Part shown: positions 25,015 to 38,125 of the stretch, in pieces | Layout of the letters: the number at the start of each line of letters is the position of its first letter | Numbering within the stretch: the first letter of the stretch is position 1 | Source: Kondoa subrosea | Taxonomy: Eukaryota | DNA length: 64,000 bases | Assembly: GCA_039545335.1 (NCBI GenBank) | Contig: BCIN01000010.1 | Span: 391,804 to 455,803, forward strand | Direction: 5' to 3' | The notes under the pieces: generated by a model | Seen by the model: the letters and a program-made list of their open reading frames with translations, nothing else | What the model was told of the DNA's origin: nothing | Databases searched by the model: none | Made by a program: the position numbers and the translations under genes

Positions 25015-27588
25015 TCAATTGCAAGCTGGACACGCAAACATCGATATCAGCTGGCCGACCCTTAATCGCACAGGGCAATACTGACTGTATAAGCCACTTG
25101 CTCCAGCGTTAGACGGATAGCTGAAAACGAATTCCAAACGGTAAGTATTCTCCAGACGCATAAGCGAGCAACTTACTACCAAGCGCTGACAGCCACCATA
25201 ATCTGGGCATACAGGTCAGCCAATGACTTTGTGAAGGAGTAGCTAAAACGCACATAGACCGTCATCAGAATATAGCTATACGATGCATGAGCACACTGCA
25301 GTAGTATAGCTCGTGATCAGAAGACATACCCTTCGAGAAAATTAGCACGACCATCGGCTGTTGTATAGTTTGCCAATAACACGCTGAGGAACAAAACCTA
25401 GATAACCATGGGCATGAGTAAGGGCATTGATATCAAACAGAGCTTTTGCTACTGACGACTGATTGGAACGGGTCGAACAGGAGCGAAAGTGGCTACAAGT
25501 AAGTACTTAGCCAGAACAGTGAGACAATTGAGCTTCACGCACTTTGTCTAAACCCCAAGCGATGATCACCAGCAGTGGAATGACGAAGAGCGCAATCTGA
25601 ATTGAAGAGCCGACTGCAACTCCAATGGCTTTCGAAGAGTATTAGCAAATCAGTACTTGACCTATAATCGGAGACCTACCGAGATCAAGCTTGTCCTTGT
25701 AAGCGACAGTCACAGCAGTCACATGCTCAGCTGCATCACAATCAGTTGGTTGTTGCTGATGACAACACAGCCCGCATACCAGCGTTGCCGACAATCGGTC
25801 TACACAGATAGAACTCAGCATGTGACGTCGGAAATTGCCTAAACTTACAGCAAAATGAGACCAGTCCAGAATGTCGAGACACCAGACGCCTCGGTGAAAC
25901 CTCCCAGAGCAGATACAAGCCACTCTGCCACGAAACCGACTGCGAACCTCCGCCTCAGCACAATTCCGCCTGAATCTGACAGAACGCACCCAAGACTGTA
26001 ACGGCTATAAGCAGGCAGACCAAAACAGGAATGTTGAGCTGAGGAATTTCTACATCTTCTTCGTCTTCGTTACCAGCCTCTGCATCTTCAGCTGCATGAG
26101 CGGCAATCTGTTTCTCTCTGCAGAGATTCGTCAATGACGTTTGCGCAAAGTGGCTTCAAACAGCTCACAAACGATTGCGAGCCACTTTGGAATGACCAGC
26201 ACTAGCCGAGGGTTTGAACATTCGATGACTCTTGATACCTCGAATACCGTCCTCAGCAGGTAGACCAGAACCTTCTTCGGCGTAGATATGAGGATGAGTA
26301 ACCAGTCTGTCGTCATACTCAGTCAGCCCTTTAAACCTCAGGTAAATTGATGCTCACTGGAAGAGAATGAAGACGATGTAGATGGAGAGTAGAATGACAG
26401 CCAATCCGCGACTCATGGCTAGTACATCATTGCGTTCTGTGATGTCGTCCAATCTATGGCGGTCAAGAAGCATACACATGAGCAAGCGGAGTTACTAATG
26501 AAGAGGGTCTTGACATACGTGTTATCCAATGCAAAGTGAAAGCCGGAGGGGATTAGGATTGCGAAAACACTAGAGAGCTTTTGTTGTGTACAATCAAGTT
26601 GCCCAGAAAATCTGAACATACGCAATCGCCAACAGAGAGGAATTAACCTGGCTCGCGGCATCTGAAAAGCCTTGCTCCGAGTATCTCCTGCATTGTTGTA
26701 AGAAAACGTTAAGAAGCTGAGTACATTTGAGGGAGCCTAACGCACAGACCGCCAACGAAGAAACAGCAGCCTAGTACGAGTAGCAAATTTGATAGCTTAC
26801 CCGTACTGGTCAGCTAGTAATAGACAACTTTCTTGTGATGGCTCACGATAGAGCCTAGCAGGGATGATTGAACGACTTCAATTTCGCATCTGAGGTACTC
26901 ATGAATTCGATACGAGGTCACGGTCACCGTACTCACTTGACCAAAGCCAGAATAGCGACAATCAGTTCGACAGCATTTCCAAGCGTAGCATTCAATAATC
27001 CACCAAGCGATTGACCAACTCGGAGTGCTGCTTCTTCCGTTGCGAATCCCAAAAGCTTTGCCAACGGAATGATGGCGAAGAACGAAACCAAGAAGATCGC
27101 CAGGTCACTGACTTTGGCGAAATGTAGTGCAAAGGAGACTGTGATTGAAAAGCTCAAGGAGGAAGACCAGTCTAATCAACGGAGTAAATCTCACTCGGTA
27201 CGCAGACGAGCAGTACGTTCAACCAGGAAGCGAAGAGCACTGCTTTGAGACTTTGCATTGTTGTAGGCGCACGTCCTACTTTGCGTTCAGGTGAGAAGAG
27301 CTGCTCGTTGACGCAGTCAGACGGGATGTTTCATAGTAAGAAGAAACACAAAGGAAAACGAACTTCAGTGAAAGTTTTACGTAATGGCGGCACAGTAAAG
27401 CCAGTAGGAGTGTTCTGGCGACTTGGGTGCCTATGGAAGATCGTTCGTTTTTCTGCCTGGACATTGGATGGATCGGCGTCTCCCTCAGTCACGGCACCAT
27501 TGCCCACTTCTCGCTTGCGCAGAGTATTATTGCCATGATCATTCACATCGCCATTAATGGTAGCTTCAGCTGTTGCGAGAGATGTCAT
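25015..27588 (-). CDS. VCX1: Vacuolar Ca2+/H+ antiporter (CAX family)
   Basis: Alpha-repeat motifs [15 protein letters not shown] and GNAAEH (spliced), plus [12 protein letters not shown] and multiple TM segments. Confidence 0.92.
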
Positions 27589-27858
27589 ATTTTGAGACTT
27601 TTGTGACGCAAGGGCGCAAGTTCTTTGACGGAGACCTAGCTTGCAGAAGTCGAGGAAGACTGAGAGTGTACAGTGAAGACTGCAAGTGTACACTGTCTCG
27701 AAAGTCGATGAAGGACTAGGCAAAGACGAATGGTTGCTCGCAAAACAAGCTATTTTTAGTATGCTTGGTCGCACGGTCTCTCAAAAACCAAGATTGTCTC
27801 CCACAGCATCACTCAAAAATTGCCATACAACTCTGCGCAGCTTCTATTCTATGACGGT

Positions 27859-30366
27859 CTAGCAAATGGCATTCGATTTGCCGTGTTTCGACTTGAGTGA
27901 GTGACTCTTTCCTGGGTGAGCTTTCAGAGCTTTGTCACTACTCTTCGCTTGATGCTGCTCTTTCTTCTCGTTCGCAGCGTGGCTAGACGAATACATCAGC
28001 TTATAGAATACCAATGCAAGGTAAAGCTCGCTCACTCAAGGACAGCTTGCGGGGTTTTGTCAAGGGTTTTCAATGCATCTTTGATATCTCGGATCCTGCA
28101 CAAGCACTCAGTATTAGTGTATGGGGGTGATTGATGTGCGTACAAACTGTTGCACTTGTCTCGAGAGAAGTCTGTCCAGGCATGAGCAGAATTTGCAACG
28201 CAAGTGACGTCTTGCTTACCTTCTCTGCAGACAACTCGCAGCATCTTGACTTCATGTGCATGAGGAGCCATGTGATAGGCAGGCTTTGGCTCCTGGTCAG
28301 CCGGGCAAACTCGAGAAGACAAATAGACTCACCACAATCCAGCCTCTTTCTCGCAACTGATGTGCAATGGCAAACTCATCGAACTTGGAATTCTTGTCCT
28401 TCGCGCACGTTGTCAGTACATTATCCATCTTGTGCCTCCACGCTCACTTTCAAACGCCATGCAACAAGGGGCAGACCTTTGCCAGGCTCGTCACTCATCA
28501 ACTCGAATCTCTTTCCGTCATCAATCTGTTCGATGGTTTTGGCCAAATAAGCAGCCGTCTCAGTCAAATTCAGCATGACGGCACGGTAGCCGGATTTGCC
28601 AAATCGGAGGAGTTGATAGTACTGGCCGATAACTTGAACAGCTGACTTGGAGAAGTTGAGAGTCAAAGACATTTGCGAGCTTCCCAAATAGTCAACACTG
28701 AAGATAATCGATTCTGGCAAGAAATCGCGTGATCTCCAGAAAGCAAAGCCAACTCCAGCTGTTGCAATTTTAGTGAATGCGAATACGAATACGAATCGAT
28801 TTCGATGGCTTACCATAAGCCTAGGTCAAGCACAAATGAATATCACAGTCCGCAAAAGACTGAAGATGACTCACGAGACCATATTTGTGTCCCGAAGTGT
28901 TGATTGAGCAGACCATAGGAACCCTGAAATCCCAAAGAAGGTCGGGAGTAACGAATGGAGCCTGTATATCGTCTTTAACTGCACAGAATTTAGTAATACC
29001 GCGGAGAACGTACGCAAAATCCTCCAGAAGCAGCATCAACGTGAATCCAGACATCGGTTCCGATCTCTTTGTTCTTCTTCTCTAGCAATTCACTCATGCC
29101 CATAACATCTTCGTATTGACCAGCTAGATCAACTTCTCAGTGCAAGCTTTGGAAAACATCGAAAGGGCGCACTATAGGTTGTGCCGAGAATCGCGCAGAC
29201 CAGAATAGTGTTCTCATCTACCAATTCGATAGCCTCTTTGGGGTCCTAGAGATCATTTCATTAGCACTGAAAGCGTGCGATAAGAAATGACATGCCATGA
29301 CGAAGCGAGTGCTACTGCAGAACACGTATTTCTCTTCAACATCCAGATAGCGAACCGCTTTTTCCCAGCAGACCTGGACAGCGGAGTTCATAACCAGATT
29401 AGGATTTTCAGTAGATTTGCCAGCTGCTTTTCTGGCAGCTTGCCATCTTTTCTTCGCTGCAAGGACGGCTAGGATAATAGCTTCACCTTGGCAAGTGAAA
29501 AAACATGGACATGAGCGAGCAAAGGAGTTTCTTTAGAATAAGCTCTTACTTGATCCAACGGTCGATACTCCCAGCGCATCATTATCATCACCTTGTTCCA
29601 TTGGTGCATTGAAGAGTTTGCCGACTACCTCGAAGAGTGAGAACAGCTACCGATCAACAGAGATCGCTCTGGGCTCACTCATGTTGACGCAACGCTTTTC
29701 TATCTCGCCACATGCAGGATATTCTGGGTGCATGAGTGTCATCGCAGAACCACAATCAGATTGTTTGGATTCGTACCTTCAACATCAATGAAGTTCTTGT
29801 TCAGAGATTCCATCATCAGACTTTCAGCTCTACGATAATGAAGAAACATAGTATTGGCTACCGGAAAGATACAGCTGAGAATGGGCTCTGGCTTACTCTG
29901 GTTCCATGTAAGTGGTCACGAAAGAAGCCAAGTTCAGGCCACTGCAAATATCGTGTCAGTGGAGATTGATGTTCGAAGGCAAGGAAACCGACGGTCGTCC
30001 ATCCAATTCGAGTTCATCTTTGATAAACCGCTATAACAGCATGAGACGCGAGCGTCAACAAACATACAGAGCGACCTACATAGGCATTACGAGCAGGCAC
30101 TAAAGGCCGAGCATTCAGCGAGCACGAAGTGAGGTACACAGAGCAATCAACACTCACTCTCTTCTTCTGCCATCTCATAGCTGTCATACAGTCAGGATGA
30201 ACATCTCTACTACTTCAGCATCAAGAAAGCGAGCTAACCCTGTCACGAGAGCGATTAGTCCAAAAGCAACAAGACATCATCGGACCTTACGTGATAAGCC
30301 AGCAGCAGCGGCCGCGGAACCATACACCGTTGTAGAAAGCTCTCTATTGTCTGAAATCCCGTGCAT
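27859..30366 (-). CDS. GAD1: Glutamate decarboxylase (PLP-dependent)
   Basis: [38 protein letters not shown]-lysine motif [11 protein letters not shown] and TLNFSK. Confidence 0.96.
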
Positions 30367-30509
30367 GTCGTCTCGAGGTTGTTGCAGAAAGAAAGACGTC
30401 AATTCCAGGAATAGACGACTAACGCATTATTGGAAGGTTGATTCTCAGGATTCAACGACATCGCTCGAGTTTATTGTGTGCATGTACATCAATTTGCACT
30501 GTTGCACAT

Positions 30510-31639
30510 CTACTGCAAGCGACTGGGAGGCTTCCTCTTGCGCTCCTTGTTGGTAGCTTTTTTCTCTTTCTTCAAGGCTACCTTCTTCTCCCTCTTCGGA
30601 TCCAGACTCAACTCTTCCTTTCGTTTGTCCTCCATCAACTGCTTGATATCTTTCTTCTTGAGGTAAAACTCCCTCTTGCCTTTGGATTGTTTCGCTCTCT
30701 CTGCTTTCTTCCATTCCTTCATCACTTGCTGTTCTTTGTTCTCCCTAACTTCTCTAGCATGTTTGCTTTCCAGAACGGTCAATTCCCTAACCAAGAATTC
30801 TTTGTCCGCTTTAGACATGTTTGCATTCTTCTTGCTCGCTGCCACTTGTGCTCTGAGATCGGCTAACTCCTGTGATTTAGTTTCGGTCAAGAACGAGTAA
30901 GGTGTAGGAGGAGCAGTATAAGAATTAGATGAGAGAGTTGGATCGAAGCGTGGATCTCTGCGTTCAATCTTAGGTACTTCTACTACTTGCCGATGCCGTG
31001 TAACAGATCTTTTTGATGACATTTCCATTGGTCTAAACATTTCCCATCAGATATGTTACTCAGGTAAGATTAGCGAAAGAAAGACCGCTCACGCATGCTT
31101 TGAAGTTCGTTTAGCTAATTCTTTCCTCTCTTTCTTGATCCGCTCAGGTTGCGCCAATTCAACAGGGAGAGCACCATGTCTCGGTTCTGTTCGTCCCTTT
31201 CTACGACCCTTGAGCGATTCCAGAGCAGCTAGAGCAGCTTGTTTCTCTTCGTCTGTTACTTTGACTGGACGTTTACGTTTCTTTGACGGAGGCGGAAGGG
31301 CTGCTTTAGCTTTCAGAAGAGTAGAGAAGGGTAGAGAGGACAGTTCTGCGACAGATAGGCTGGGTCAGACCATTAGGGGTGTGTAAGTTAGACGGAACAA
31401 ACCTTGATGTAATGCTGCCTGTGATATAAGGTCAGCGTCGGTACTGAGACGGCCAATTGAATACTCACCTCCTCATCCATACTCTCTGCCTCATCCTCAT
31501 CTTCTTGCTCAAAATCAGATTCTCCCATATATTGCGCTGGTTTTGCTGTTTCTCTGATCTCATCCAGTTCGCTGCCACTGCCACTACCGCTAGCTTCACT
31601 CTCGCTCCCTGATAGCCTTATTCGTTTGTTGCTTTCCAT
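30510..31639 (-). CDS. RRP36: rRNA biogenesis protein Rrp36
   Basis: Acidic N-terminus, KHA.PMEMSSKRSV, RRDPRFD, YSFL and GKREFYLKK are Rrp36 hallmarks. Confidence 0.9.
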
Positions 31640-31731
31640 CTGTCTTGCGATGTGCGGTGGTCAAGACTAAGAGGCGATGTCCTGAGTCTTTCTTGTCCTG
31701 CATCATCCATTTGACTTCTGTGTCGGCCAAC

Positions 31732-33750
31732 ATGTTCTCTGCATTCACTGGCGCTGCTTCGAATCCATACGACGTAATAGTAGAGAAAGCTACCTCAGAA
31801 GATCAAACCACAGAACAATGGGACTTGCTCTTGACGTTGTGGGAGAAGGTGAATGCTGACGGTGAGACTGGAGCGAGGAATGTGGTTGCTTCATTGCAGA
31901 AACGATTCCTACATCGGAATGCCAATGTTCAGTTGTTTGCTCTGACGGTGCGCTGATATCTATGCCTTGTCATGTGGAAATGTTAGCTAAGCTATCTTGC
32001 GGCATGCACAGGTAGCAGAGGCCTTGGTCAACAATTGCGGACCAGCACTACACAGAGAAGTTGCAAGCGCTTCCTTCACTGAATCCCTCAAACGATTAGT
32101 GACCGATAGGGTACGTTCATTCGCCTGCAGCTCATCTATACGTCGCACTGAATTTCTATATAGAACGCTCACGATAAGGTCAAGAAACGTACGGCTTCCT
32201 TGATCAAGAAATGGGCTGGTGAATTTGAGCATGATGAGAAATTGGGTATAATGTTCAATGCATACGAGTCACTTAAAGCGAAAGGTAAGCTTCTTCTCAT
32301 TATCTCACCTGAGACCTAGCGCTGAGATGTAGATCCAGGTGTTCGATTTGATGATGTTGATGAATCTGCTTCCGGATCTTCAGCTGCAAGAAGAGATGAT
32401 TTCGATCTGGCAAAGAAAGAAGAACAAGACCTACAACGTGCTATAGAAGAATCTGAACGAGAAGCAGCTGCTCAAGCCGCTCAACGTCAATCTCGACTCC
32501 CTTCTGTTTCTCAATCTCAATCTTCATATGCTGTTCCTACCTCCTCTCACACTCCACAATCCCAAACAAACGGCTACGTACCTGCAGCACCATCGCAACC
32601 CAAACCTTCTGCTATTCCAGCTCCAGATCCGAATATTCAATTACCTGCTACTATTTCCCGCGCTCGCGCACTTTATGATTTCACGCCCGATCCATCCACG
32701 CCAGGTGAATTGCCTTTTATGAAGGGCGATATCATCCGTATTCTCGATCGAGTGTACACTGAATGGTGGCGTGGTGAATGTAGAGGACGAGTCGGTATTT
32801 TCCCGGTCAACTGGGTTCAGGTCATTCCTGATCTTACGAGAGATGAAATGATCAAGGAAGCGAAAGAGGAGAGTGAGGTTTTTGGTCAGGTTGGGAATGT
32901 GGATCGATTGCTGGATTTACTGCGGATGGAAGAAAGAGGTGATCGAGGAGATGCTGAATTGGCAGTGAGTTTCTGTTAGTATCCACCAGAGAAAAGAGCT
33001 GATGCTTTGTGCGACAGGATCTGTACGGCCAATGCGTCTCACTTAGACCAAAGATCCAGAAACTGATCGATAAGTATACGGACAAGAAGAGTGAGTAGTT
33101 GTCCATCTTTCTATCATAACAGACTGATTTGAACAACAGACGAGTATTTGGAGATTCATTCCAGATTTGTTGGAGCGGAAAGACAATACATCGCTATGCA
33201 AGACGCTTCTCGGCAGCTGCACGCATCTCAACAGCAGCAATATTATGCATCACAAGTTCCAGTCCAGCAGCAACAACCTGCTGTCCAATCTGGGTTTCAA
33301 CCGCAGCAGCAATCTTCGCATGCTCCAATTACGCAAAACCCTTCACACGCGCCGCATCAATCCGCGCACTATCAGCCTGGTCCAATCCAACAATCACCTA
33401 CACCTGCTCCTCAACAATACGGCTACCAGCAACCATATCCCGCAGTCTCGCAACCTGAACATCAGAATATTGCGCCAGAACAGTCAAATTACGTCCAACC
33501 TTACGCATCTGGCTCTGCAGCTTCTTCTCAACCATATTATGCACAACCTCAAGGTAGTCCAGCCATTAGTCGACCAGGAGTAGAACATAACAACTCGTAT
33601 GGTTATTCGACTGCTGCACCACAATCTCAAGCATTACAAGAAGTCGGCTCTATGCATCTACAGAATTCTGGTCCCCCACCAGCAACACAGTACTATCAAG
33701 GAGCACCTCCGGTACCTCAGCAACAGCAGTATTTGCCTCAGCAACATTGA
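31732..33750 (+). CDS. HSE1: ESCRT-0 subunit Hse1/STAM (VHS-UIM-SH3-GAT, Gln/Pro-rich tail)
   Basis: VHS (EKATSE...HRNANVQLFAL), UIM (EEQDLQRAIEES), SH3 (RALYDF...ELPFMKGD...WWRG...GIFPVNWV) and LRPKIQKLIDKY. Confidence 0.93.
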
Positions 33751-33997
33751 TGTTGAAGCCTGTTCATGGATTGGAGAGACTTGGATTGACGGATATAAGA
33801 CTGTACATCTAGTGGTTCGGCTGTGCAATTAATCATGGTAGTCTAAGCTACACGATACTAAGCTGCCACTTTTTTTGTCGCTATCGGCTAAATCAATGCT
33901 AGTTCAATCAGTGACTGAATGCATGCGTGGTTGCACCACATTCGTTGTTCACTCGTAAGAAGCTTAAGCCGGTTGGCAACAAGTTCAAACGGGAAGC

Positions 33998-34289
33998 AAA
34001 AAAAGGAGTTGCCATAAGGTAGGCTCTTTAAATCGTCTTAATCCCTTGTAAGGGTCTAACATTGCAACCTCGCGATCTCTAGCAATTCGGTAACCAGCCT
34101 ACAACGTTGCTTTGCTCAGCGGACTGACTGGACAACGCTGCGGTTTAAGAAAGTTCAACACAATGTTTTCACTCAGCATTGAAGGCAATCACTGGCAGCC
34201 AACTAAAGACGATGTTACGCCAGAGCGAATTTAAGAGTAAATCCATTTAATGACCCCATGACTTCACCAAAAAGGTAGCCATTACAGCT
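33998..34289 (-). ncRNA. Signal recognition particle (SRP) RNA, fungal type with non-canonical helix 8
   Basis: Starts with the fungal Alu motif AGCTGTAATGGCT about 25 nt below a TATATATA and ends in a T7 run, ~290 nt in total. 5'/3' long-range pairing (GTCATGGGG/CCTTATGGC; CTCTTAAAT/ATTTAAAGAG), a helix-6-like hairpin with a GAAA loop (34154-34183) and a helix-8-like hairpin with a CAG/AGCA internal loop (34101-34141). No ORF. Confidence 0.85.
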
Positions 34290-34414
34290 GAAAGCACAAG
34301 AAATGCTGTGGCACTATATATACTAGTGCAGTATTTTGTAAGTTTTAGTCTGGTGGAGACCAAAAAATCAGTTCAATTTGAATTTCACGCTGGACGCCAG
34401 CTGTTCTTTGAACG

Positions 34415-34963
34415 ATGACCGATGCTACAGCACTCAAGAATTTAGATCACCTTCAAAGCTTCGCTGCATCTTTGCAGACAACTTCGCCCTTCCTCTATTC
34501 GTCTGCTTCTGCGCAACTTCGTCTTCTCTCCCATCAACTTCGAGTCCCTTTCCAAGCTGATGCAAGATGCAAGCGATGTCAAAGCGCAGAACATACTGTT
34601 CGTGTCGCACGATCCAAGAGAAACAAGAAAGCTGGACTCAAGCTTAGAGCGATTTGCAAACAATGTGGTTGCGAATGGGTCAAGGAAGGGCAAACTTTAG
34701 AGCAAGAGACTACTGTTGCAAGTGTGAGGGTACAGCCAGCATTGCAGTCACCAGCAGCATCAATCACTCCGACTCCTCAAACTTCTGCTTTGTCAACCCG
34801 TGAATCCTCTCCTGCTTCGGTACCGATCGTCAAAGCAAAAGCAGCAAAAAGGAAGAAGGCGAAAGGAAGCGGTCTACAGAACTTGCTCAACGACGCAAAG
34901 AAAGACAAATCGTCAAGCGCATCAACTTCTTCAGCTTTGGGCGACCTGTTTCGTCAAATCTAA
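34415..34963 (+). CDS. Rpr2/Rpp21/Snm1-like zinc-ribbon protein (RNase P/MRP subunit-like)
   Basis: Single-exon 182-aa ORF with LDHL...A, CKRC...CKQC and a basic tail ending in L..L...K...ALGDLFRQI. Confidence 0.55.
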   Translation: MTDATALKNLDHLQSFAASLQTTSPFLYSSASAQLRLLSHQLRVPFQADARCKRCQSAEHTVRVARSKRNKKAGLKLRAICKQCGCEWVKEGQTLEQETTVASVRVQPALQSPAASITPTPQTSALSTRESSPASVPIVKAKAAKRKKAKGSGLQNLLNDAKKDKSSSASTSSALGDLFRQI

Positions 34964-35037
34964 AATGTATTATTGCATTGCTTTCCGAGAAGCATGACTT
35001 CTTATCTACAATTGAAAACTCCTTCTCTTGATCTGGT

Positions 35038-37126
35038 CTACAAGCTTGAAGCTTGTGTAACTGGCCACTTTAAACGGACAGTCAGATGAAAGTAGGAAAC
35101 GAACAACGGAACGACAACATACGTTGTAATTACCGGTCCTCTTGTATCCTGAATGCTTGCTGATAAAAGCATCTAGTTCTGCTGGACCTCTAGATCCGTA
35201 TTCGTATTTCGCCAGCGGGACCTCTTTATTGTCAATAGCATGTAGCAGAGGAGTGAAGACTGTGACAGTAGATCAGTCTGCAACGTTGACGAGCAGAATA
35301 GCAAACATACTTTTCCATGCCAGATCGAGCTCATCGTCTCTCACGAAATTGCTGTGATCTCCTTTGAAAGCGTCCAACAGCAGCGCTTCGTAAGCCTGTG
35401 CGCGGAGTCTCGTGAGAATTCTGTGCGAAAAAATCATTGTCAGAATTGGCTCACCTCTGGAATCTTCAGTTCCGAAAATCTTCGCTTGTAAGTCAAATCC
35501 ATTTCAGTAGGCACAGATTTCATCCCCAATCCAGGTGCTTTGGTGTTCATCTTGAGGTAAACAGCTTCACCGGGTTGTACACGGATAACGAGCTCATTGC
35601 GATCAATATCGGAGAAAATGCCAGCTGTCACATCCTTGTATTGAATTCGGACTACAGTCTTTTGTTCGTCGAGTGCTATGGTGTAGCAAGACATCAGATA
35701 CCAATAAACAATAAGAGAGGCGATCACCACTTTACCTTTGCCTGCCTTGAGAATGAAAGGTACACCTTCCCATCGTGGAGAATCGATGTAAAGAACAATA
35801 GCTGCGAAAGTAGGGCAAACAGAGTCTTTTGGTACGGTCTCATCATCTAGATAACCTGGTTTTTGAGTTTTCGGGTTGGCAACGTATTGACCTAGAAGAG
35901 TATGTTCTTTTGTGATGGGCTTGATGTAGCGAAGAACCTTGGTCTGGAGAAATATAGATCGTTCAGTAATACCTCAAGAGACTGATGATACAAGCACACC
36001 TTCTCATCGCGGATATCTTCGGCTGAGAAGGAGAAAGGTCTTTCCATAGTAAGAATGCTCAGGACTTGGCAGAGATCTGTGTAGAAGTAGAGATTTGCTT
36101 CAGCATGAAGACTAACAGAGAGCTTCTGTCAGGCGCACGATTCTGCATCACATCCCTGATGATACCAAACTCATCGAAATAACCACCTCTTCCTTCTGTG
36201 CCAAATGGTTCCTTGAAAGTAATTTGAACATTATCGACCAGGTTCTTGTTGAAACTTGAGTCGAGAATGGAGTTACCGAATCGCAAGATCAAAATGTTCT
36301 TAACCATTTCTTTTCCAAGGTAATGATCGATTCTGAAGATTTCAGGTTCTTTCCATTGCTCCTTCAACTTGGTTTGCATCTCTCTTGATGATTCCAGATC
36401 TTTACCAAATGGTTTCTCAACAATGATTCGATTGGTTCCATCTTTAGAGTAACAATTCTCTTTCAACCCTTTTGCGACAGAAGTGAAAACAGAAGGAGGT
36501 AAAGCCATGTAAAAGATTCTGTTTCTTGTAGCTTCCTTGTTTGAAGAAGCATAAGTAGCATCTTCGATTTCAGTCAACTTCTTATCCAGAGTTTGGAAAG
36601 CTTCAGCTTTATCGTAAGCTCCAGCAACATAAGAGCAGATGGAAAGGAATTCGGAAACTTTCTTCTTGTGTGCTACGATAGTAGGTTGAATGTGTTCTGA
36701 AATGCGTTTGTGGTATTCCTGTTTGTTTGAGCGAACATCAATTCGGCTAATACAAAGTTGAATTTACCAAACACTACTAACCTCATCTGACATCTTTGTA
36801 CGAGCGTATCCAATGATATGCATGCCATCGGGTAAGAATCCATTGACATAGAGACCGAAGAGAGCAGGGAAGGTCTAAAGCACAAACAAGTTTTGAGCAC
36901 ACCAATGCGTCAGCGAAGGCTTGTTGCGAAAGGGGACAGACCTTCTTTTTTGCTAGATCTCCTGATGCGCCAAGTACAACGATGCAGGTGTTCGAAGAGA
37001 GTTCAGCAGCTTGAGCTAGAGAAAATGAAATGTCGCAATGATGAGATTAGCATTCTGCTTTTACAAAGACTCTCTGCGGTTGAAGAGGGACCTACATTGC
37101 CCGCTAGATGGAATAGGTGCTGCCAT
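35038..37126 (-). CDS. ZWF1: Glucose-6-phosphate 1-dehydrogenase
   Basis: GASGDLAKKK, YMALPP, IIVEKPFG, active-site RIDHYLGKE, GTEGRGGYFDEFGIIRDVMQN and RNELVIRVQP. Confidence 0.98.
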
Positions 37127-37328
37127 GATGTCGTTATTTATCAGTTGAACAAAGAAAACAGGTCACGGTAGAAACCAAGGGCCGGAGATCAGCATCAGAG
37201 ATAATCTCAGGCAAACAGGCAAACATGACAGAAGCTTATGCCTAAGTGATACAGCTATCTCGGTGAAGATCGAATTCCGTCACATGTGATTCTAGTTTAC
37301 ATTTCAAGCCGGACAGCAGTCAATACAC

Positions 37329-38125
37329 TCAATGATGGTGTTCTAACGAATCCAGGTATTGACGTCTGTGGAAGTTCTCATCTGTTTCTCCAGACTTCCG
37401 CGACAAAGGTGCTGTGATCGCTCGTTAGACGGACAGAAAGCTGAAGGGTGAAGGAAACTGACTCCACTTGGGTTCCTCTTGAAAGAGTCTTTCTGCTTTT
37501 ACAAAGTCTCGTTCATCCAGTGTAAAGCGATGATAGATACCAGCAGGTAAGACAAGCAGGTCATCTTTCTCCATAGCGACTCGAATCCAGTTCTTGTCCG
37601 TTGCATCTATTTCCGTCAATACATTACCTCGAACAACAGACAGAACGAGACGATCTCACCTCGTACATCAAAATAACCAGATCCTTCTTTGATATATCGA
37701 ATTTCTTCATCCTAAAAGAGTCGACCAATCAATGGACGTTCTGCCAGTTGTCATCGATAACAAGCTCTCACCTCGTGCAAATGTTCATCAAAGAAACTCT
37801 TCAGTTTGGTCTCGTACATATCGCCAAGCCCTTCTCTCGAGACTGTAATGATGTCCCTTTTGTCGCAATGAGCTATCACAACTCCACAACACCGCTTTGC
37901 ATGACTACTGACCTGCATTTGTAGCCTCGCTCTTTCGCTAAAGCATCCACTTGTTGTTCATCTTGCTGAGGTAACGAGATAAGACCTAATGATTTGAGGA
38001 CGTCCAATGAAACAGGTTCGCCTTCATGCGGAGCTCGTTGATCTCCTTCAATATTGTCGTAGTAGCTGCAGATATTCGTCAACCATGAATGTGGTGAGCG
38101 GTTCACAGACTCACTATGCTTTCAT
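37329..38125 (-). CDS. ADI1: Acireductone dioxygenase (ARD, methionine salvage)
   Basis: GDQRAPH, FFDEHLHE.EEIRYI..GSGYFDVR, WIRV and LPAGIYHRFT. Confidence 0.95.

Noticed and set aside
19160..33750. ESCRT gene cluster (VPS37 and HSE1)
   Set aside because: The genes are 12 kb apart with five unrelated genes between them, consistent with chance.
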